From: the human T2T-CHM13v2.0 reference genome, Homo sapiens
DNA length: 64,000 nucleotides
Assembly (NCBI RefSeq): GCF_009914755.1
Contig: NC_060935.1
Reading direction: 5' to 3' (one strand)
The notes below the pieces were generated by a model, which was given only the letters and a program-made list of their open reading frames with translations, had not been told where the DNA came from and searched no databases. Below, one piece after another: positions 1-11,845 of the stretch. A program made the position numbers and the translations under genes. Position 1 is the first letter of the stretch; each line of letters opens with the position of its first letter.

Positions 1-32
1 ATTCAGGTATCTTTCTTTTAAAAATAAATCCT

Positions 33-3000
33 GGAGAGTGGAGAGGAGGTATAGCAAAATGGCAGAATAGAAGACTCCACTGATCATACCCCAACAAGGA
101 CACCAATTTAACATCTATCTACACAGAAAAAACACCTTCATAAGAACCAAAAACCAGGAGAGCACTCATAGTACCTGATTTTAACTTCATATTGCTGAAA
201 GAGGCATTGAAAACATAGTAAAAATAGTCCTGAATCACCAACACCAAACCACTCTTTCCCAACTCCCTGGCAGCAGCAACCAGGGAGGTGCAGAGAACAT
301 CTTAGGGCCCTGGGGGAGGGAGAGCACAGCAATTGTAAGGCATTAAACTCAATGCTGTCCTATTAGAAGAGAAAGAAAAAACAGATCAAACTCAGCTAAC
401 TCCTACCTGCAGAGGGAGCATTTAAAACAGCCTTAGCAAGAGGGGAATCATACCACAAACCTCACCACAGAGGGCTAAATTGCTCTGGGTCTCTAAGTAA
501 TAAATTGTAAGGCAGTCTAGGTCATAAGGACTGCAACTCTTAGGTGAGTCCTCTTGCTAAACTAGGACAAGAGACAGTGGACTGTGCGGGGCATGCAACC
601 TCCTGAAACACCAGCTGGGTTGGCGAAGGGAATGCTGGAAACACACCTTCGAACCCCAGGTGGCCCAGCTCAGGGCTTCAGAATAGACCCTTTGCTTTCA
701 CTTGAGGAGTGGAGCAGGAAAAGTGGGGAGGACTTTGTCTTGCATTTTAGATACCAACTCAGCCACAGCAGGATGGGGCACCAGTCAGATTTGGGAGGCA
801 CCTCTTTTAAGAGCTAGTCCTGGATGACATTTCTAGACATATCCTGGGCCAGAAAAGAAACCACTGACTTGAAGGAAAGGACCTAGTCCTAACAGCATGT
901 ACTGCCTGTTAACTGAAGAGCCCTTGTGCTCTGAATAACCAGCAGCAATACCAGGTGCTATGTTGAGGGCATTGGGTGAGCCTCTGAGACTTAGATAAAT
1001 ATCTAAGAACAAGAAGGTTACAAAACACCATTCAGATTTAACCCAAGGAAAACTACCTCATGGCATATAATAATCAAATTCTCAAACATAACAGATAATA
1101 GAAAGAATCCTAAGAGAAACAAGAGAAAGAAAACAAATAACATACAACAGAGCTCCAATATGTCTGGCAGCAGACTTTTCAGGGGAAAGCTTACAGGTCA
1201 GGAGAGAATGGCATGACATTTTTAAAGTGCTGAAGAAAAAAGAAAAAAAAAACCTTTACCCTAGAATAATAAATCTGGTGAAAACATCCTTCAAACATGA
1301 AGGAGAAATAAGAACTTTCACAGACAAACAAAAGCTGAGGGATTTCATTAATACCAGACTTTTCCTACAAGAAATGCTAAAGACAGTACTTCAATCAGAA
1401 ATAAAAAGACATTAATGAGTAATACATAATCTCCTGAAGGTATAAAACTCATTGGTAATAGTAAGTACACAGAAAATCATAGAATATGATAACAGTGTAA
1501 TTTTGGTGTATAAACTACTTTTATCCTAAGTAGAATGACTGTATGATAAACCAATCAAAAACAATAACTACAACAACTTTTCAATACACAATAGTACAAT
1601 AAGATATAAACAGAAACAACAAAAAGTTAAAAAGTAGGGGAACAAAATTAAGGGGTAATTTTTCATTAGCTTTCTTTTTGCTTGTCCATTTATGCAATGT
1701 TAGGTTGTTATTACACTAAAATAATGGCTTCCATAATAGTGTTTGCAAGCCTCATAGTAATCTCAAACCAAAAAACCTACAACAGATATACAAAAAGTAA
1801 AAAGCAAGTAGGTAAATTATATCACCAGAGAAAATCACCTTCACTAAAGAAAGACAGGAAAGAAACAAAGAAGGAAAATAAGGCTGCAAAACAACCAGAA
1901 TAAGTGGCAAAATGGCAAGAGTAAGTCCTTACTTATCAATAATAACATTAAATGTAAATGGACTAAACTCTCCAATCAAAAGACATAGAATGGCTGAATA
2001 GATTTTAAAAAAACAAGACCTATTGATCTGTTGCCTAAAAGAAACATACTTCACCCATAAACAGACACACAGACTGAAAATAAAGGGATGGAAAAAAGAC
2101 ATTCCGTGTCAATGGAAACCAAAAAAGAGCAGAAGTATCTACACTTATATTAGACAGAATATGTTTCAAGACTAAAACTGTAAGAAGACACAAAGAAGGT
2201 CATTATATAATGATAAAGGGCTCAATTCAGCAAGATGATATACAAATTTTAAATATATATGCAGCCAACACTAGAGCACCCAGACATGTAAAGTAAATAT
2301 TATTAAGCTAAAACAAGAGGTAGGCCCCAATAAAATCATAGCTGGAGAATTCACCACCTCACTTTCAGCATTGGACAGATTTTCCAGACAGAAAATCAAC
2401 AAAGAAACATTGGAATTAATTTAGACTATAAACCAAATGGATCTAATAGATGTTTACAGAACATCTCATCCAATGGCTGCAGAATACATAATCTCTTCCT
2501 CAGCTCATGGATCATTCTCAAGGATAGATCATACGTTGGGTTACCAAACAAGTCTCAAAACTCCTTGAATGTTTTATTCAAGGAGTTGAGATAATATCAA
2601 GCATCTTCTCTGAACACAATGGAATAAAACTAGAAATTACTAAAAGAGGAATTTTTGAAACTATACAAGTACATGAAAATTAAACTATTTGATCCTGAAT
2701 GACCAGTGGGTCAATGAAGAAATTAGGAAAAAAATTGAAAAAATAATTGAAACAAATGAAAATGGAAACACAACATACCAAAACCCATGGGATACAGCAA
2801 AAGCAGTACTAAGAGGAAAGTTTACAGACATAAGTGCCTACATCAAAAAAGAGGAAAAACTTGGAACAAACGATCTAACAAATACATCTTAAAGAGTGAG
2901 AAAAGCAAGACAAACCAAACCCAAAATTAGCTGAAGAAAAGAAATAATAAGGATCAGAGTAGAAATAAGTAAAATTGAAATGAAGAAAACGCTACAAAAG

Positions 3001-3250
3001 ATCAATAAAACACTACAAAAGATCAATGAAACAAGGTGGTTTTTTGAGAAATTAAATGAAATTTACAAATCTTTAGCCAGACTAAGAAAAAATAAAGACA
3101 AGATACAAATGAATAAAATCATAAAGGAAAAATCTGACATTACAGCTCATACTGTGAAAATACAAATAATTATTAGGGGCTACTATGGTATCCATGTGCC
3201 AATATATTGGAAAATATAGAAGAAATGGAGAAATTTCTAGACACATACAA
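33..3250 (+). mobile_element. LINE-1, L1MA1-3/L1PB-like; 5'UTR, 3' part of ORF1, inter-ORF region and ORF2 endonuclease region; internally deleted near 993 and 3'-truncated
   Basis: 5' motif gcaaaatggcagaatagaagactcc; ORF1 remnant LYPRIINLVKTSFKHEGEIRTFTDKQKLRDFINTR (1227-1415); ORF2 remnant LNDQWVNEEI..TTYQNPWDTAKAVLRGKF (2689-2892); stops just after the MEKFLDTY-like codons at ~3250. Confidence 0.9.
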
Positions 3251-4142
3251 ATTTCAAATTTTATCCCAATACATCTAACATAGAAGGAGGTTGACAGTCT
3301 TTAAAGAAATATTCCTGAATTAAATAATCAACTGAAATAACAAAAACAGAATTCCAAATATTTTAAAATTTGGGGGGAAATAGGTATATTTAATGTTTTT
3401 AAAAGTATGAAGCTTTTCTTAATACTAATAACCAAAATCTTAGTAAGCTGTTTGAAGTATTTTGGAATTATGATAGATTTTTTAAGATTAAATATGCAGA
3501 AGTTTACATACAGAATATATTAGAATGAACTTAAAATCATTGATGTTGTTAAAGCCAACAGATTTTGTAACACCCTAACATTATCATTTTGCCTAAACAA
3601 GTTCATATCTTTTCTGCTTTCTGTGAGAGCAGGCAAATATTTAAAATATGTATCAAACACTGGGCCACTCTAGATTGTATATTATCCAGATACATATTTT
3701 GTTGGACCAGATTAGTGTTTGTTTGAATAAGTTACAAACAATTCTCTATCAAGAGATTTTGCATAAAAATCTGAATTTTAAATATATTTTTACAATCAGA
3801 AGATTTTACCACATTGGTCTGCATTCTTATGTGGCAATAATTGCAGGCTCCAAGGGCAGCTGTTCACTTTAGGAAGTGCAAGTACTGTCCAGAACCTAAT
3901 CTACCCATATACCTGACACATTCATGTATGTGGCTGACCACTGTAGGCATTTCCATTGTGATCCTGTAATAAGGTGTTTAATACACATCAAGATACTTGC
4001 TGCTTTTAGACCACATTGAGAAACTACTGCTTTCCTTTCTCTTTCAAGGTTGGCAGTGAGAGGGCTTTGGGAAAATTCCACCTGACATATAAGGAATAGA
4101 CATTAAGGGATCAGGTATAATGTTTTTAGTAGATCTGAGGGA

Positions 4143-4230
4143 TCTCTCTCTCTCTCTTTCTCTCTGTCTCTCTCTCTGTCTCTCTCTCTGTGTGTGTGTG
4201 TGTGTGTGTGTGTGTCTGTCTGTCCGTCTG

Positions 4231-4257
<27 letters not shown>
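4143..4257. repeat. Compound microsatellite (TC)n-(TG)n-(TCTG)n-(TC)n
   Basis: Directly visible dinucleotide tracts. Confidence 0.97.
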
Positions 4258-4261
<4 letters not shown>

Positions 4262-4879
4262 CGTAAGACTTTTAGTAGGCAGTGGAATCATAAATAGATG
4301 CAGACTCGGGGTGAAAGAAGTCTAGGCACAAGGTGGTTTCTAGTCTTCTAATCTGATTCAATGTAGCTCACACAAGCTTTTAAAAAATATCTTCAAGTTG
4401 TAGGGAGTGTTTAGTCTGGAATCTGCCTCCATATTTGTATAAAGATTACATAGGTGATGGCAGAACAAGATTCACAATTCTTTATCCAAGCCAAATTTCA
4501 TCATTCTGGCGCAATGTAAAGTTGGTCAATTTATGTAGATATATGCACATAATACTCATAAGTGTGACTGATGGTGATAATTCAGAATTATTTATTGTTA
4601 ATATCCACTTCATCTGAATTACACATCCCTATAATGAAGAATATTGAAGAAGATACCTGGTTCTGTCAACTTTTCTCAAGAGAATAGTAAATTTGGTAGG
4701 AAAATAACATAGTGTTTACAAGCAGACTAGAACAGCATTTTCATCTGAGACAATGAATAAGTAAATATGTTTTATACTAAAACAAAAAAGAAGTATGAGA
4801 AAATCCTGGGGCAGAAAATTTAAGAAAGTGACAGTTGAGATAAATTAACTTCAAAAGGGGAAGAAAACTGGCATAATAT

Positions 4880-5070
4880 ATGCCAGCCACTTTACATGAG
4901 ACATCTCATTTAATCATCACAACATTTCTGGGAGGAAAGTATCATCACCATTTTAGAGATGCACACAGAAATTAAAGTGATTGACCCATGGTCATCAAGC
5001 CATTACATTAAACAAATGAAATGCAAATATTTAATTGCCTGACTCTTGAATGTGTTCTTCTTCCAGTATA
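4880..5070 (-). mobile_element. MIR fragment
   Basis: atctcatttaatcatcacaac...ccattttagagatg...ttaaagtgattgacccatggtca resembles the antisense MIR core. Confidence 0.6.
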
Positions 5071-6100
5071 CTATGATGGAGCAAGCAATAAAGTGGCATT
5101 ATCAAGAGAGTGTTTTCCTATAAATGAGTAAATTAAGAAATTGCTGTATGTGAATGAATGAAATTTTCTCTAATTTATGTGACAATGAACACTATTTTTA
5201 GTCTTAAAAATTCACTGAATAAACTTGACTTTTGCTTATATACTCCAAAATTTCTCAATTTACAGAAGTGGAAATGGGTAAATTTCTGCTTATCTAACAC
5301 TCAGAAAAGAAGGCAAGTACTCTGGCCATTGGTAGTGGAACAGATGTAAGAATTTAAGTTATCAGATTTGCTTTGAAAAGTGCTTTCTGTATAATGGTTG
5401 GCTTTAAAGTCATGAGCACCTTTTATATCTTTATCTGAAACTATACTAGAAAGACCAGACTAGATATGGTTAGAATTAAAGATTGTCAAGAAAAAGAGAA
5501 ATTTTTTGAAGTCTCAAATTGTTTTCTATAACTTATAATATAAAATTAGAATATTCCGTTACTTTTCTTGTTTCATATTAGAACTCTGACCAGTCTTACC
5601 TATTAGGAGGAATTTATTTGAAATTCAAGAGTTTTTGTCTACAGAAAAAAAGATACACAAATTTGTTGGAGACAGAAGATTATTAATTGGAGTCTGTATT
5701 AATGACATAAATTGTAGGTATAATTTACTATGTTTAGAATAAAACAAAATAATTTAAGTCACAAAAGAAAAATATAAAATAATAGAATAAATATATATTT
5801 AAAGAAAGGGGAGATGTAAAGAATTACTGAGAAATGCATAGCAGTTGATTCATGGACATCAACTCCCCAGTTTCTTGGTAATTAAGGGAAAATAAGTCCA
5901 ACTAATCAATGTATCTTAGTCATTTGTTTGCTTATAGAATTTGCCTACCTCTTCCTTTAATTTCTGTGATTCAACTAGCCTCTAGTTCTACCCATGAGTT
6001 CTACCCTATAAACTTATTATTTCTCCTATATAAGGGAAAATCATGAATAGGAATGGAAAAATGTGGAACGAAACCTTCCAGGATTCAGATACAGTGCAAC

Positions 6101-6480
6101 TGATATGGTTTGGCTTTGTGTCCTCACCCAAATCTTACCTTGAATTGTAATCCCCATAATCCTCACATGTCAATGGCAGGACCAGGTGGAGGTAGTTGAA
6201 TCATGGGGACATTTTCCTTCATGCTGTTCTCGTGATAATGAGTGACACTCATGAGATCTGATTGTTTTTGTAAGCGTCTGGCATTTCCCCTGCTTAAACT
6301 TGTCCTTCCTGCCACCTTTTGAAGAAGGTACCTTGTTTCCCCTTTGCCTTTCACCATGATTGTAAATTTCCTGGGCTCTTGCTGGCCATACTGAATGGTG
6401 AGTCAATTAAGCTTCTTTCCTTTATAAATGACCTAGTCTCAAGTATGTTTTTATCAGCAGTGTGAGAATGAACTAACACA
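6101..6480 (+). mobile_element. 5' LTR of THE1D-like element
   Basis: Starts tgatatggtttggc, ends gaactaacaca. Confidence 0.92.
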
Positions 6481-7997
6481 ATACATTGGTACTGGGAGTG
6501 GGGTGCTGCTATAAGGATACCTGAAAATGTGGAAGTGACTATGGAACTGGGTAACAGGCAGAGGCTGGAAAAGTTTGCAGGGCCCAGAAGAACACGAGAA
6601 AATGTGGCAAAGTTTGAAACTTCCTAGAGACTTGGAAAGCTCAGAAGACAGGAAGATGTGGGAAAGTTTGGAACTTCCTTGAGACTTGTTAAATGGCTTT
6701 GACCAAAATGCTGATAGTGATATGGACAATAAGGTCCAAGCTGAGGTACTCTCAGATAGAGATGAGAAACTTCTTGGGAACTACTGTAAAGTCACTCTTG
6801 CTATGTTTTAACAAAGAGACTGCTGGCATTTTGCCCCTGCTCTAAAGATTTGTGGAAGGTTGAACATGAGATAGATGAGTTAGGATATCTGGTGGAAGAA
6901 ATTTCTAAGCGGTGAAGCATTCAAGAGGAAGTATAGCTTAAAAGTTGGGAAAATTTTTAGCCTGATGCAATAGAAAAGAAAAATCCATTTTCTGGGAAGA
7001 AATTCAAGCCAGCTGCAGAAATTTGCATAAGTAACTAGGATCCCAATGTTAATCACCAAGACAATGGGGAAAATGTCTCCATGGCATGTCAGAGACCTTC
7101 ACGGCAGCCCCTCCCATCACAGGCCTGGAGGTCTGGAAGAGAAAAATAGATTCCTGGGCCAGGCCCAGAGTCCCTCTGCTCTGTACAGCCTGGGGACATG
7201 GTGTCCTGCCTGGATGCTGCTTCAGCTCCAGCTGTAGCTAAAAGGGGCCAATGCTCAGGCCATTGCTTCAGAGATTGCAAGAACCAAGCCTTGGCAGCTT
7301 CCAGGCAGTGTTGAGCCTGTGGGTATAGAGAAGTTTGCTGCAGGAGTGGAGACCTCATGGAGAATCTCTGGTAGGGCTTGAGGAAGGAAAATGTGGGGTT
7401 GGATCTTCCACACAGAGTCCCCACTAGGACACTGCCTAGTGGAGCTGTGAGAAGAGGGCCACCATCCTCCAGACCCCAATATGGTAGATCTACCAACAGC
7501 TTACTCTGTGTGCCTGTAAAAGCTGAAGACACTCAACATCAGCCTACGAAAGCAGCTTCAAAGGGAGCTGTACCCTGCAAAGCCACAGGGGTGGAGCTAC
7601 CCAAATTTAGGGGAGCACACCTCTTGCATTAGCATAACCTGAATGTGAGACATGGAGTCAAAGAAGATCATTTTGGAACTTTTAGGTTTGATGACTGCTC
7701 TTTTGGATTTTGGAGTTGCAAGGGGCCTGTGGCCCCTTTGTTTTGGCCAATTTTCCCCACTGAATGCGGGTGTATTTACCCAATGCCTGTACCCCCATTG
7801 TATCTAGGAAGTAATTATCTTGCTTTTGATTTTACAGGCTCATAGGCAGAAGGGACTTGTTTTTTCTTAAATGAAACTTAGAACTTGGATTTTTGGGTTA
7901 ATGCTGGAATCAGTTAAGACTGTGGGGGACTGTTGGAAGGGCATGATCGTGTTTTTAAATGTGAGGACATGAAATTTGGGAGGGGCCAGAGGTGGAA

Positions 7998-8368
7998 TTA
8001 TATGGTTTGTCTCTGTGTCCCACCCAAATCTCACCTTGAATTCTAATCCCCATAATCCCCATGTTGAGGGTGGGACCAGGTGAAGGTAATAGAACAATAG
8101 GGGCAGTTTCCTGTATGCTGTTCTCATAATCAGTGAGTCTCACAACATCTGATGGTTTTGTAATCATCTGGCATTTCCCTTGCTTGCACTTCTCCTTCCT
8201 GCTGCCTTGTGAAGAAGGTGCCTTGCTTCTTCTCCACCTTCCTCAATGATTATAAATTTCCTGTAGTCTCCCAGCCATGCAGAACTGTGAGTCAAATAAC
8301 CTCTTTTCTTTATAAATTACCCAGTCTTGAGTATGTCTTCATTAGCAGCATGAGAACAGACTAATATA
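7998..8368 (+). mobile_element. 3' LTR of THE1D-like element
   Basis: Starts ttatatggtttgtc, ends gactaatata; colinear with the 5' LTR. Confidence 0.92.
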
Positions 8369-9059
8369 GCAATTAAAGAAGAGAAAAAGAAAGAATCTAC
8401 CACTAGAAGTAAAATATCAGCTCAATATCTTTCCTCTTTTATTCCATTATCAGAACATGAATTTTCTTGTTTCAGATCAGAAATAAATTGGAGAGAATGG
8501 TTATTCCATTAAAAAAAAAAATCCCAGACTTGGAAAGAAGGCAAAACCATTATGGTGTATCTTAGATGACATACTAGAGCTTTGTCTTAAAAAATATACT
8601 AAAATAGTGCACTATGGAGTAAGATAACTACTTAACTTACATTATGTTATTTATTTGAGCCAAGGCTCTAAAACATTAGATGCTAACTTTTAGAAGATGG
8701 ATGAGTTACAGATAATTTGAATCTTATAAAAATGTAAGTGATTTATGTCTGGGATAAATATAACTCAAAATTTTAGATTTATTTTTCCATAAGAATTCTA
8801 TTTGCTTGGCTTGTTCTTGAACAGACAAGTCAAACATCACCATTTTGGGGAATGTTTAACCAGTCTGAAATCTAAGGATCTCCTAATTTGCCCATTGGAA
8901 ATGCCTTCAACTTTCTTCTCATTGCCTTCTTCTGAATAGTTATATGAAAATAATACAAAACCTTATTTTATTTAGGTCAAAGTGATTTGATTTTTTTCAT
9001 TATTAAGATACCTGATTCCAACTTATAAAATAAGCTTGTATTGGCTCCTTGCACATGTT

Positions 9060-9830
9060 GAACCCTATACAAGATGATAAGATACAAAGATGAGCTAAAC
9101 TTTCAGACATCAAGGATTTCTCAATCAAATGAAGAAGACAGACAAAGAAATCAACAAAATCAGATTAAAGGCTATGCAACATGTGTAGAAAAGGGCCTAT
9201 AAGTGAGTCTGGGAATCAGGAATACATTTCCAAAAGTGGTGACATTTAACTGGTCTGTTGAAGAATGAGTAGGAATAAGCCAAGCAATGCAAATTCTTAT
9301 GGAATGAAAATTCCAGGCTGTGGGAAAAGTGTGAATATAATACTAAAATACTTGCTCAGAGAAAAGAAAGTAGATCAAAATGTGATGAAAATGTTTTGAA
9401 TAGCTGAGGTCAGAAAGACAGCCCAGGATGAAATCCTAAAATGCCTCATATGTTATGGTAAACTATGAACTATGGTTGAACTATGAACATATCATAAAGG
9501 ATATATGCAACAACATGCTGTGAACAGATGAATATTTCAGAAAGTTTACCCTGACGGCCATGAGGATAAATTATTTGAAGAAGGCAAAATTAGAGATAGA
9601 GAAACCAAGTAAGAAACTTCCAAAGTAATTCAAGAAAAGTAAGGGAGCTTGACATGGAAGATACTGGACAGTCGTCTTAGAGATTTTTAAGAGTAAAAAT
9701 AATCAGTTCTTACTGGTTGATAAGATAGAGGAATGAGGGGAACTAGGAGTCTATGATCGCTGTCAAAGCTGATTCATAGGCTTATGTGGATAGCTACACT
9801 TCATCAAGTCAGAAGGACTGCAAGGTGATG
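9060..9830 (-). mobile_element. Degenerate L2 fragment(s)
   Basis: Purine-rich antisense L2 motifs, e.g. ggtgacatttaactggtctgttgaagaatgagtaggaataagccaag. Confidence 0.6.
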
Positions 9831-9837
9831 AACACTT

Positions 9838-10431
9838 GGTATATTGGTTTTTCTATTGTTATGTAACAAATTAGCACAATTTAGATGAAAACAATACAAG
9901 TTTATTACCTCACAGTTTTGTAGGTCAGGCGTATGTCATATTTTAGCTTCGTTCTCTGTTTAGAATCTCACGAGGCTGAAATTAAGATGTTGGCTAGCTG
10001 TATCCCCATCTTGAGCCTTGAGTAGGAAAAAAAAATCATCAACAAGCTCCCTTATGTTGTTGGTACAATTCATTTTCTTGAAGCCATATGACTGACTCTG
10101 TTCTCTTGTTGTCAACTGGGGAATGCTCTCAGCTCCTAGAGCAGTTTGCTTCTTCAAGGCCATCAGGAGCGTGTCTGCTGCTGCATTGAATCTCTCTCCC
10201 TTCTCTCACAGTTGTAATTATGTCAGCCTCACCAATAATCACCTTTTTTTGACTAACTCTACTGATTAGTGAACTTAATTACATCCCTTCTGCCATACAA
10301 GGTAACATGGTTGCAGAAGTGATATCCCATTGTTCACAAGTAATTCTCATGCTGAAGGGGAGGGGATTACACACAGTGTTTAAATCAGGAGGAAGAAATC
10401 TTGGACAGCATGTTAGAATTTTCCCTTTCAC
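9838..10431 (-). mobile_element. Old MLT1-family MaLR solo LTR
   Basis: gtatattggttttctattgttatgtaacaaattagcacaa...tttattacctcacagttttgtaggtcagg at one end and gcatgttagaattttccc at the other match the reverse-complemented MLT1 termini. Confidence 0.7.
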
Positions 10432-11189
10432 TTTGGGGAGAAAGATAATGAATGAGAATTAAAACCTACCAGAAGATGTGATTTCCTAGGAAGAACACAA
10501 ATGAAAAAAGAGGCAGAGATAAGATAGTGCATAAAAACAGAAAAAATCAACGATTAGACATGACACACGATTTAATCAATCCTATGGTACTCATGGTTTT
10601 AAATATTCATTGTTTAAAATTTACATCTATAGAAACCTCCTAAGTTTTAAGTTTTATACAACTTTCTTCAAAAATAAAAGTAGCAACAAATATACCTAAC
10701 AAAGGCAATATAAAGAAAATAAAATTATCTCTCCATTTCGAATTGCACTACCCCTTTTCTTTTTACTTTTAAATAAGCTTTTTCTAACACTCTTATCATT
10801 TTTTTCTACATTCTGTTGGAGCTACTCCAAGCTTCCCGCATTACACTACAGTTGTGAGACCCTCAACTGTCATAACAGTACAATAAGTGCCTGATAGCTT
10901 CTAAGTATAGAGAATTGTCTCACAGTTTCTATAGAAAATTCTCTTATTTATACACCCTGGAATTTCAACCTCATTTTAAACAACAGCACTGTTATGCACT
11001 TGCTAACCTGTACCAACTGCCTTTCTAAACATTTCTTCACTGTTATTTTTATAATAATGTTTTTACCTAAGTCAGCATTTACATAACTGAAAACATTTAC
11101 TGAAGCAGTGGCTTTCTAAAGCTATACTTACAGAGATAAATTCAGTTTGGACTCAAGGAGAGACAAATTCATAGAGATAAATTTATTGG

Positions 11190-11470
11190 ACTTGAGGAGA
11201 TCTAAAAGAGGTCATATAGATCATCCTCCTGTTTCTAGGCAACCCAAAAAAAGATAACCATCTTGTTTCAGAAATCTCTCCATAAAAGGAAGTTCCACAG
11301 TCTTTTCTCCAGCAACCTTTTCTTGTGTCTAATTACCATTACAGTTAGGAACTTCTTGTTCTAATCTCTCTGGACATGTAGAACAGCTGGTAACCACACT
11401 CCTTATAATGACTGTTCATAAATCTTCAGATCTGTTTAAGTCATATTCATTATCTTTCTCCAGACCAACT
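11190..11470 (-). mobile_element. L3/CR1 fragment
   Basis: gaggtcatatagatcatcc...ggaagttccacagtc...acagttaggaacttcttg...gaacagctggt resembles antisense CR1 3' region. Confidence 0.55.
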
Positions 11471-11753
11471 GTATTCCATGTTTAGTAGTTAATTTTATAT
11501 ATTTTCAATATTCAACGACCAGGTTTGTTGCATATTCATTAATGATTTCAATTTCCCGACTTCTTATGTATTTAGAAGAAATAAATACAAATTTAAGACG
11601 AATTAAGATGATACAAGTGCCATGAAAATCAATTGTTTTCCTAATTATCTGTCTTTTTAGTGACTCAAATATACAAGGTCACATTCACAAACTGTTTAAG
11701 GAAGGCAACTGTATATGCTCATCCTGATAACTGTATTCACTTCTTTTCTACAG

Positions 11754-11845
11754 TACTCCTTCTGCAAAGGATCTGAGTTGCAAACAAATATGGTCAATGT
11801 GACACTGGGATTTACCACTTCTCCTATGCTCTCTTTAGATTTTGA
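11754..11845 (+). other. Candidate 92-nt internal exon
   Basis: Acceptor ttcacttcttttctacag| and donor ga|gtaagt in non-repeat DNA; one open frame (YSFCKGSELQTNMVNVTLGFTTSPMLSLDF) that I do not recognise. Confidence 0.3.

Larger units (their letters stand above)
6101..8368 (+). mobile_element. Full-length THE1 (THE1D-like) MaLR retroelement: LTR-int-LTR
   Basis: Two homologous LTRs (6101-6480, 7998-8368), THE1-type internal region beginning ttggtactgggagtggggtgctgct, purine tract ggaggggccagaggtggaa before the 3' LTR, 5-bp TSD gcaac/gcaat. Confidence 0.93.

Noticed and set aside
985-1000. 5'UTR-to-ORF1 jump in the first L1 as a second spliced L1
   Set aside because: The junction does not fall at a donor/acceptor I can identify; a genomic deletion is more likely.
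6608-6690. Direct repeat aagtttgaaacttcctagagacttg in THE1-int
   Set aside because: As I recall, this duplication is common in THE1 internal consensus sequences, so it is not locus-specific.
7046-7845. ORFs within THE1-int
   Set aside because: Fragmented MaLR internal sequence with no intact reading frame.
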